From: Candidatus Krumholzibacteriota bacterium
GTDB lineage: Bacteria; Krumholzibacteriota; Krumholzibacteriia; LZORAL124-64-63
Assembly (NCBI GenBank): GCA_039714075.1
Contig: JBDLKA010000096.1
Location: forward strand, 1-12,472
DNA length: 12,472 nucleotides
Direction: 5' to 3'
Shown here piece after piece: positions 1-6,230 of this stretch (the first letter of the stretch is position 1; every line of letters begins with the position of its first letter). The notes under the pieces are model-generated. The model saw only the letters and a program-made list of their open reading frames with translations, had not been told where the DNA came from and did not search any database. A program made the position numbers and the translations under genes.

Positions 1-165
1 ATTTCCTGGCCAATTACGAACCGGAAAACCACACCGAAAATTCCGATGATTCGGCGATCGGGTTTGCCAGCCTGCATCTGATCTGGCGGCCTTGAGGGGC
101 ATTCAGAGGAATTGTGAAAAACCACGTAACTTGCTGAAAATTATATAGTTATTTAATTTTGCCAC

Positions 166-194
166 TTGTGGATTTCGCTATTTGTTCGTATATT
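166..194 (+). promoter_or_regulatory. Putative sigma70-type promoter of the HNH gene
   Basis: TTGTGG (166-171), 17-nt spacer, TATATT (189-194), in an AT-rich tract upstream of RBS AAGGAGG (221-227). Confidence 0.45.
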
Positions 195-233
195 GGTTTT
201 ACCTCCCATGCGTCATTTTCAAGGAGGAAAATC

Positions 234-1253
234 ATGTCCAGGATTTCTTATGTTCCCGGTCAACCCGCCGCCAAGGTCCACGTTTCTTTGAAGCACTCAT
301 TGGCCGCCATGGATGAGGCCCACAAGTGCGCCGTGCTGTGGTTCGGTGAGATCATGCGGCGCCGTCTTTTTCGTGACCTGGGTCACTCTTCCATTAATCA
401 GTACGCCATTCAGGAACTGGGTTTTTCCAAATCGCGGACCGACCAGTTCATTCGCCTTGCGCGGCAACTGGACAACCTGCCCGCGGTGCGCGATGCGGTG
501 GCTAATGGGGAGCTCGGGTATACCAAGGCGCGGGAAATCGTCTCGGTGGCCACTCCTGAAACGCAGGACGGGTGGCTTGAGGCCGCCAAGGGATCGCGGA
601 AGGAATTGATTCGTGAAGTAAAGAAGGCCAAACGTGCGGCCAAGGTTGATCCGGGTCAGGGTTCGCTGTTGCCTTCCTCGCCGCCGGTGGTGGCGCCGCG
701 AGAACTTCCGGTACGCTTCCAGATGGACCTGACCCCGGAGCAGGAAGCCCGCCGTGCCGCCCTGGTCGAAAGGCTCCACAAGGTTGGAGGCGTGCCGAAT
801 GACCGGGCCGAACTGGTTTTGGAAGCTTTGGCCGCTCTGTTGGAAACAAAAGAGTTAAAAGGCCAAAAGTGTCCCCGGGGACACTTTGCCAGCCGTCCGC
901 CGGTGCAGATCCATGTCCACGAAAATGCGGAAACGGGCCGCATGATGGTCCCGACCGACACGGGAGAACGTGAATTGGGCCGGGCCGAAAGCGAAAGGTT
1001 GCGTTGCGACGCCGCAGTCTGCGAACACGGCGGTCGCAACACAACGACAATTCCGCCAAGGGTGCGCCGCAAGGTGCTGGCCCGGGACAAACACCATTGC
1101 CAGGCGCCGGGTTGTGGACGAACGCGGTTCCTGGAAGTGCACCACATCGTGCCGCGACAACAAGGGGGAACCAACCAGGCGGACAACCTGGTGACGCTCT
1201 GCGGCTCCTGCCATCGGCTGTGGCATGAAAAGGGCGTCCGGCTGACGGCCTGA
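234..1253 (+). CDS. DUF222-like / HNH endonuclease (13E12-repeat-family-like), 339 aa
   Basis: ATG234 follows AAGGAGG (221-227), so it is preferred over TTG159. The C-terminus RRKVLARDKHHCQAPGC...EVHHIVPRQQGGTNQADNLVTLCGSCHRLWH is an intact HNH motif with Cys zinc ligands. It is preceded by RLRCDA...GR..TTIP, typical of DUF222-HNH proteins. The N-terminal region is helical (LARQLDNLPAVRDAVANGELGYTKAREI). Confidence 0.88.
   Translation: MSRISYVPGQPAAKVHVSLKHSLAAMDEAHKCAVLWFGEIMRRRLFRDLGHSSINQYAIQELGFSKSRTDQFIRLARQLDNLPAVRDAVANGELGYTKAREIVSVATPETQDGWLEAAKGSRKELIREVKKAKRAAKVDPGQGSLLPSSPPVVAPRELPVRFQMDLTPEQEARRAALVERLHKVGGVPNDRAELVLEALAALLETKELKGQKCPRGHFASRPPVQIHVHENAETGRMMVPTDTGERELGRAESERLRCDAAVCEHGGRNTTTIPPRVRRKVLARDKHHCQAPGCGRTRFLEVHHIVPRQQGGTNQADNLVTLCGSCHRLWHEKGVRLTA
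866..887. repeat. Perfect 22-bp palindrome inside the HNH CDS
   Basis: AAAGTGTCCCCGGGGACACTTT is its own reverse complement, centred at 876/877. It encodes the KCPRGHF linker. Confidence 0.97.
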
Positions 1254-1261
1254 ACCCGGCC

Positions 1262-1290
1262 TTTTCCCCGTGGCGACGGACTGTTATCAT
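1262..1290 (+). promoter_or_regulatory. Putative promoter of the methyltransferase gene (extended -10)
   Basis: TTTTCC (1262-1267), 17-nt spacer containing TG at 1282-1283, then TATCAT (1285-1290). Confidence 0.45.
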
Positions 1291-1333
1291 TCCGCGACCG
1301 AAACCCCGACCCTTATCCGGAAGTGGAAGTTCC

Positions 1334-2146
1334 TTGTCCGCCATCGCCTTCGTCCGCGACACCTTTTTCAACCCGCGTTCGCCCGCCTGTCTGTGGAAAC
1401 ACCCGCTGATGGCGCTGAAGGTGTTTGCGGGCGCGCTGGAGAATTTCCTGCTGCCCCTGGGCGAAAAGACGGCGCGGGGGGCCTTCCGCGAATGCCCGGT
1501 TTGTGATTGGCGGGGGCACCGTTTTCGCAATTTCCTTTCCGGCGACGAGGTCATTCGCCACTGCATCTGTCCGGGCTGCGGATCCTTTGACCGGCATCGC
1601 CAGCTGGTGGTGGGTGTGCGGAAGGAGTTGGCGACCAATCCCGGCGGCGCCCCCAAGGTGATGATCGGGTTTTCCCTGTCCACGGCCATGCGCTTCCTGC
1701 TCGAACACGAGGGGCTGGCCCGCTGTTTCCGCAGCGACATCGACGCCGGCGACAAGCGGTTCGCCCCGGATCTGGTCATGGACCTGCGCCACAGTTCCCT
1801 GGCCGACGGCGCGGTGGATTGGGTGTTCTGCAGTCATGTGCTCGAACACATCCCGGAACTGGAAATATGCGTGGACGAGATCCTGCGGATTCTCAAGCCC
1901 GGTGGCGCCGCCTGGATCCAGGTTCCCTTCGAGCCGGGCCGGGCGCACAGTCAACGGATCGACATCGATCCGCACCGGGCCCACGCCCACGCCTGGCAGT
2001 TCGCCCCCGATTTCGGCTCTCTGCTCGAACGGACCGGCTGGACCGTCAGTGAAATCATCGCCCGGGAAAGCATGTCGCCGGACGATTTGAAAAGGTACGG
2101 CATCGATCCCCGGGAAAGATACTGGCTGGCCCGAAAATCCGGCTGA
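1334..2146 (+). CDS. Class I SAM-dependent methyltransferase-like protein (Methyltransf_11 type) with N-terminal CxxC...CxxC zinc ribbon
   Basis: Motifs CPVC...CPGCGSFDRHR and DGAVDWVFCSHVLEHI...EILRILKPGG. TTG start after GGAAG; the start is uncertain. Confidence 0.75.
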   Translation: MSAIAFVRDTFFNPRSPACLWKHPLMALKVFAGALENFLLPLGEKTARGAFRECPVCDWRGHRFRNFLSGDEVIRHCICPGCGSFDRHRQLVVGVRKELATNPGGAPKVMIGFSLSTAMRFLLEHEGLARCFRSDIDAGDKRFAPDLVMDLRHSSLADGAVDWVFCSHVLEHIPELEICVDEILRILKPGGAAWIQVPFEPGRAHSQRIDIDPHRAHAHAWQFAPDFGSLLERTGWTVSEIIARESMSPDDLKRYGIDPRERYWLARKSG

Positions 2147-2158
2147 CCGGCGCGAGGC

Positions 2159-2187
2159 TTTCCCCGGGCCGTCCGAAGTCTTATTAT
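2159..2187 (+). promoter_or_regulatory. Putative proS promoter
   Basis: TTTCCC (2159-2164), 17-nt spacer, TATTAT (2182-2187). Confidence 0.45.
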
Positions 2188-2210
2188 TGCCGGACCTGAT
2201 TCATTCAAAG

Positions 2211-2231
2211 CGGGAGGGTACGCCCCTCCCG
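2211..2231 (+). promoter_or_regulatory. 5' UTR hairpin of proS
   Basis: CGGGAGGG (2211-2218) pairs with CCCTCCCG (2224-2231) around loop TACGC. There is no U-tract after it. Confidence 0.6.
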
Positions 2232-2255
2232 GTCGCGTTAGGGAAAGGGAAAACG

Positions 2256-3734
2256 ATGGCCCAGATCACGAAACGAAGCGACGACTACAGCCGTTGGTAC
2301 CAGGACGTCATCCAGGCCGCCGAACTGGCCGAGAACAGCCCCGTCCGCGGCTGCATGGTGATCCGCCCCAACGGGTACGCCATCTGGGAAAACATCCAGC
2401 GCACCCTGGACGACAAGTTCAAGGAACTGGGCCACGTGAACGCCTACTTCCCGCTGCTGATCCCGAAGAGTTTCCTGGCCAAGGAAGCCGAGCACGTCGA
2501 GGGCTTCGCCAAGGAATGCGCCATCGTCACGCATCACCGTTTGAAGCAGGTGACGGTTGATGGCAAGACAACGGTCATTCCCGATCCCGACAGCAAGCTG
2601 GAGGAGGAGTACGTCATCCGCCCCACCAGCGAGACGGTCATCTGGGACCAGTACCGCAAGTGGATCCAGAGCTACCGCGACCTGCCCATTTTGATCAACC
2701 AGTGGGCCAACGTGATGCGCTGGGAGATGCGCACGCGGATGTTCCTGCGCACCACCGAATTCCTGTGGCAGGAGGGGCACACCGCCCACGCCACCGCCGA
2801 GGAGGGCCGCGAAGAAACCCTGCAGATGCTCGAAGTGTACCGCTGGTTCGCCGAGGACATCCTGGCCATGCCGGTGATCACCGGCGCCAAGACAGCCAAC
2901 GAACGCTTCGCCGGCGCGCAGGAGACCTATTCCATCGAGGCCATGATGCAGGACCGCAAGGCCCTGCAGGCGGCGACCAGTCACGACCTGGGCCAGAACT
3001 TCGCCAAGGCCTTCGACGTGAAATACCAGGATGCCGAGGGCAAGGTCGAGCACGTGTGGGCCACCAGCTGGGGCATGAGCACACGCATCATGGGCGCCTT
3101 GATCATGACCCACAGCGACGACGACGGCCTGATCCTGCCGCCGCGCATCGCCGGCACCAAGGCGGTCATCGTGCCGATCTGGAAAAACGACGAAGAGATG
3201 GCGCAGGTGATCGAAGCCGCCGAGAAAATTGCGGCCGAGCTGCGGCCGGTCGTTGGGCCCATTCATATCGACAAGCGCGACAACATGCGTCCCGGCTGGA
3301 AATATGGCGAGTGGGAGCGCAAGGGTGTGCCCCTGCGGATGGAACTGGGACCTCGCGACCTGGCCGACGAAAAGGTCATGATGGCGGCGCGCCACGACCG
3401 CAACAAGCAACCCGTCCCTTTCACGGAATTGGCATCCGCCGTGCCGGCCGAACTGGAACGCATCCAACAAGACCTTTTCGACCGCGCCCTGAAACGCCGC
3501 GAAGAGGCCACCGTCACCATCGACACGTGGGACGAGTTCACCAAGACCTTCAAGGGCGACGGCGCGTTTGCCTATTGCCACTGGTGCGGCGACGGCGAAT
3601 GCGAGCAGACCATCCAGGACAAGACCAAGGTTACGGTCCGCAACATCCCGTTCGACCGGGACGAGACGAAGGGCGAGTGCGTGCACTGCGGGAAAGAATC
3701 CATCGGGCGGGTGCTGTTCTCGCAGTCGTATTGA
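2256..3734 (+). CDS. proS: Proline--tRNA ligase, archaeal/eukaryote-like (Thermus-type), 492 aa
   Basis: Motifs DYSRWYQDVI, VRGCMVIRPNGY, IRPTSET, NQWANVMRWEMRTRMFLRTTEFLWQEGHT, ALQAATSHDLGQNF and TSWGMSTR. It has an anticodon-binding domain, a C-terminal Zn domain (HWCG...C...CVHCG) and a terminal Tyr, with no INS editing domain. ATG2256 follows GGGAAAGGGA. Confidence 0.98.
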   Translation: MAQITKRSDDYSRWYQDVIQAAELAENSPVRGCMVIRPNGYAIWENIQRTLDDKFKELGHVNAYFPLLIPKSFLAKEAEHVEGFAKECAIVTHHRLKQVTVDGKTTVIPDPDSKLEEEYVIRPTSETVIWDQYRKWIQSYRDLPILINQWANVMRWEMRTRMFLRTTEFLWQEGHTAHATAEEGREETLQMLEVYRWFAEDILAMPVITGAKTANERFAGAQETYSIEAMMQDRKALQAATSHDLGQNFAKAFDVKYQDAEGKVEHVWATSWGMSTRIMGALIMTHSDDDGLILPPRIAGTKAVIVPIWKNDEEMAQVIEAAEKIAAELRPVVGPIHIDKRDNMRPGWKYGEWERKGVPLRMELGPRDLADEKVMMAARHDRNKQPVPFTELASAVPAELERIQQDLFDRALKRREEATVTIDTWDEFTKTFKGDGAFAYCHWCGDGECEQTIQDKTKVTVRNIPFDRDETKGECVHCGKESIGRVLFSQSY

Positions 3735-3766
3735 TTCGGTCGGAACTTCGAAGTCGTGTTCACGGA

Positions 3767-3797
3767 AAAATGAGGGTCCACCGGGGACCCTCATTTT
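3767..3797. terminator. Probable bidirectional intrinsic terminator between convergent proS and LVIVD genes
   Basis: AAAATGAGGGTCC (3767-3779) pairs with GGACCCTCATTTT (3785-3797) around a 5-nt loop, with A/T tracts at both ends. Confidence 0.8.
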
Positions 3798-3875
3798 GGT
3801 GTTTTGACCTTCGAACCAGCGGACACGATTTCAAAGACAGGACCCAGCTCAACCGGAAACCAGGGCGATTCCACA

Positions 3876-6095
3876 TCACTTGAGCAGAGTCATCCTTTCG
3901 ATCTGTCGTTGGTGTGCCGTTTCCAGCCTGCAGAAATATACCCCGCTTGCCATTCTGCGTCCGCCGGAGTCCCTGCCCTGCCAGATGGCCTGATGCGGCC
4001 CCGCCGGCAGCGATCCGGACACGAGCGTTTGCACCCGCCGGCCCGTCAGATCGAAGATTTCCAGGGATACATGACCGGGCTGGGCCAATTCATAGCTGAT
4101 GGTCGTCGCGGGATTGAAGGGGTTGGGATGGATCGCCAATTGCACCGACAGCCCACCGGCAGGCAGGACCGGAGAGACCGTCGGGCAGGGCAGGGTCAGC
4201 ACCTGGAATTCGGTTTCCGACGCCAGGAAGATGTTGCTGCTGTTGAAGGCGACGCAGGTGCCATATTCGATCGAACCATACAGGCCCACCGGCCGCGGTG
4301 AAGCGGGATTGCCGACGTCCACGATCTGCAGACCGGTCCAGGCGTTGGCCAGATAGGCGAAACCGTCCGCGACGCGAAGGTTTTTGATTTCTTCACCGGT
4401 CGGCAGGGATCCCAGGATCGCGGGTGCCGCAGGTGTGGCGAGATCATAGACCAACAGACCATGATGGGTATTGCCCACGAAGAGATTCTGATCCGCGACG
4501 CACACCTCGGTGGTGTTTCCCGAAAGCGCGATGGTCCCGACAAGTTGGGGATTCAGCGGATCGGAAACATCCACCGCCCGCACACCCGTGTGGACGTCGG
4601 CGATGTAGGCATGATCCCCCGAGACGTCTATGGCAAACAGTTCGGTCGATCCCACGCTGACCGATCCGAGTACCTGCGGATTCAATGGATCCGACACGTC
4701 GATCGTATAAAGGTCGCCGATATTTCCACCGATATAGGCGACCGGCCCGGCGACCGAAACCGCGAATTCCCCTCCCAGGGGGTCGACCTGGCCGAGGATC
4801 TGGGGTTTGGAGGGATTGGACAGGTCGATCGTGATGAGACCACCGGTCGAACTGGCGATGTAGGCGACGTTGCCTTCCAGGCATACTTCGTTGATGCTCT
4901 CGACCATGTCCAGTGTACCGATGATCCTCGGCCTTGCCGGATTCGACACGTCGATTGACCGCAGCTTGTAATCGTGATTGAAGATGGTGCCTGTGTCTTC
5001 TCCCAGGCAGATCAGGTTTCCCGTGATGTCCATCTGGATCACATCCGTGAGAGTCCCCAGCGAACCCACGTTGACCGGAGAATCGAGGCTCGGCAACGCC
5101 AGGACCTGGAGCGACCGCCCTGCAACTGCAAAAATATGGCTGCCGGCTGAGGAGACATCACTGATGGTACCCAGGTCGGCGGAATACAAAACGCCGGGGT
5201 AGGACGGAATGGTAATGTCGATGACGGCGACTCCCTGGTCTGAATCAGCCGTATAGACACGATCGCCGAAAACACTCAGATTCAAGCAGGTTCCAGGTGT
5301 GCTGGTCCGGCTGATGAAGGTCGGGTTGGTGGGGTCCAATACATCCACGATATCCATCCCGAATTCGCCAACGGCAACAAAGGCCAGATTTCCGACCACT
5401 TCCACGGTTCTGGCCGGACAGACATGTTGGCCGATGATGGCCGGAGCCAGGGGATTGGACACGTCGACAATCTGGAGGCCGCCTAATTCCGAGGTCACGT
5501 ACAGCAAGTCCCCGTAGACCATCATCATTCTGGTCATTTCTCCAAGAATCATGGAAGCGACGATGTGCGGGGTGGCGGGGTCGGATACATCCACGACATC
5601 GATGGTATATTCGTTCAGCCCTTCGGTCGTGATGTAGCGGCCCAGATACGCATAGCCGCCCGCGGCGGCGACGGCGTAGGCGGGTGCGGATTCCAACGAA
5701 TACAGATTGGATGTCATCTGGGGATTCGCGGGGTCGGAAACATCGTAGACCCGGAAGAATATAGCGTCACCGAACACCTGGGAGGCCACGTAGAGATGAT
5801 CGCCGGACACGGCAAAATCAGTGGCGGGAAAAACAAACTGGGAGCCCAACTCGACCGGATTGTCCGGCTCCGACACATCAAAGATCTCGATAATGTCGCC
5901 GGTCCCGACGTAAGCAAGGGTCTCATCGAGGATGATTCTGTTACTTCCGTCATCCGTTTCCACGGCGGAAAGGACGTGGGGGAAGGCTGAGTAGTCGAGA
6001 CAATCCTGCGCCAGCGGCGAGCCGGATGCCATGCAGAGGCAGTAAAGCAATACCAGCAGGCGGCATGAAAAGCGTAAGGCAGATACACGAGCCAT
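3876..6095 (-). CDS. Secreted LVIVD-repeat (beta-propeller) protein with C-terminal FlgD_ig / T9SS type A-like sorting domain, 739 aa
   Basis: N-terminal signal peptide (...SPLA|QD) and about 13-14 repeats of ~42 aa (AYIA...GL.IVDVS.P..P..LG). The C-terminus reads HPNPFNPATTISYEL...IFDLTGRRVQTL...WQGRDSGGRRMASGVYFCRL...MTLLK. RBS AGGAGG is on the minus strand at 6104-6109. Confidence 0.9.
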   Translation of the reverse strand: MARVSALRFSCRLLVLLYCLCMASGSPLAQDCLDYSAFPHVLSAVETDDGSNRIILDETLAYVGTGDIIEIFDVSEPDNPVELGSQFVFPATDFAVSGDHLYVASQVFGDAIFFRVYDVSDPANPQMTSNLYSLESAPAYAVAAAGGYAYLGRYITTEGLNEYTIDVVDVSDPATPHIVASMILGEMTRMMMVYGDLLYVTSELGGLQIVDVSNPLAPAIIGQHVCPARTVEVVGNLAFVAVGEFGMDIVDVLDPTNPTFISRTSTPGTCLNLSVFGDRVYTADSDQGVAVIDITIPSYPGVLYSADLGTISDVSSAGSHIFAVAGRSLQVLALPSLDSPVNVGSLGTLTDVIQMDITGNLICLGEDTGTIFNHDYKLRSIDVSNPARPRIIGTLDMVESINEVCLEGNVAYIASSTGGLITIDLSNPSKPQILGQVDPLGGEFAVSVAGPVAYIGGNIGDLYTIDVSDPLNPQVLGSVSVGSTELFAIDVSGDHAYIADVHTGVRAVDVSDPLNPQLVGTIALSGNTTEVCVADQNLFVGNTHHGLLVYDLATPAAPAILGSLPTGEEIKNLRVADGFAYLANAWTGLQIVDVGNPASPRPVGLYGSIEYGTCVAFNSSNIFLASETEFQVLTLPCPTVSPVLPAGGLSVQLAIHPNPFNPATTISYELAQPGHVSLEIFDLTGRRVQTLVSGSLPAGPHQAIWQGRDSGGRRMASGVYFCRLETAHQRQIERMTLLK

Positions 6096-6106
6096 GCATA
6101 TAACCT

Positions 6107-6146
6107 CCTAAATTTGTTTAGGGATATTATTTAATAATAGAATATC
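6107..6146. promoter_or_regulatory. AT-rich divergent control region with nested inverted repeats
   Basis: CCTAAA-4-TTTAGG (6107-6122), TATTATT-T-AATAATA (6125-6139) and GATATT-12-AATATC (6123-6146). Confidence 0.45.
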
Positions 6147-6201
6147 ACAATTAGAATGCCGGATGCAATCGGAAACGCCTCATCGCCCGGGTAGCCCGGG
6201 C

Positions 6202-6230
6202 TTTCGCCGGTCGAGGCCAGGTATTATCTT
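6202..6230 (+). promoter_or_regulatory. Putative pdxST promoter
   Basis: TTTCGC (6202-6207), 17-nt spacer, TATCTT (6225-6230), with an overlapping TATTAT at 6222-6227. Same layout as the proS promoter candidate. Confidence 0.4.

Noticed and set aside
184..199. LexA-like GTTC...GTTT upstream of the HNH gene
   Set aside because: Spacing and second half-site fit neither GTTC-N7-GTTC nor GAAC-N4-GTTC.
159..233. Upstream starts in the ORF track (TTG159; likewise 2187, 6252, 7813, 9871)
   Set aside because: Downstream ATGs at 234, 2256, 6312, 7933 and 9895 have better RBS context or give canonical family N-termini.
234..1253. HNH protein as IscB/Cas9-like RNA-guided nuclease or restriction-modification partner
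   Set aside because: No PLMP or RuvC motifs and no CRISPR array. The adjacent methyltransferase lacks DNA-methylase motifs (DPPY/NPPY, PCQ).
502..1779. 425-aa minus-strand ORF
   Set aside because: Arg/Pro/Ser-rich shadow frame overlapping two well-supported plus-strand genes.
2147..2255. T-box riboswitch upstream of proS
   Set aside because: The spacer is only 109 nt, with no T-box consensus (AAnnnGGGTGGnACC) and no terminator U-tract.
2238..3794. Long antisense and alternate-frame ORFs over proS (also 2660..3883, 6180..7106, 9911..11134, 11466..12287)
   Set aside because: Expected stop-poor shadows of strongly GC3-biased genes, with no recognisable motifs.
3741..3842. Integron attC site or tRNA in the proS-LVIVD spacer
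   Set aside because: No RYYYAAC/GTTRRRY core pair at the stem ends, no cloverleaf, and no integrase in the window.
4200..5900. DNA-level repeats (e.g. recurring GACACGTCGA) as a CRISPR or tandem array
   Set aside because: They are the reverse complement of codons for the (I/V)DVS motif of the LVIVD protein repeats.
6185..6204. GCCCGGG-TAG-CCCGGGC-TTT as a terminator
   Set aside because: It lies between divergent genes, so there is no upstream gene to terminate, and it has a 3-nt loop and a short U-tract. The TTT is better explained as part of the pdxS -35.
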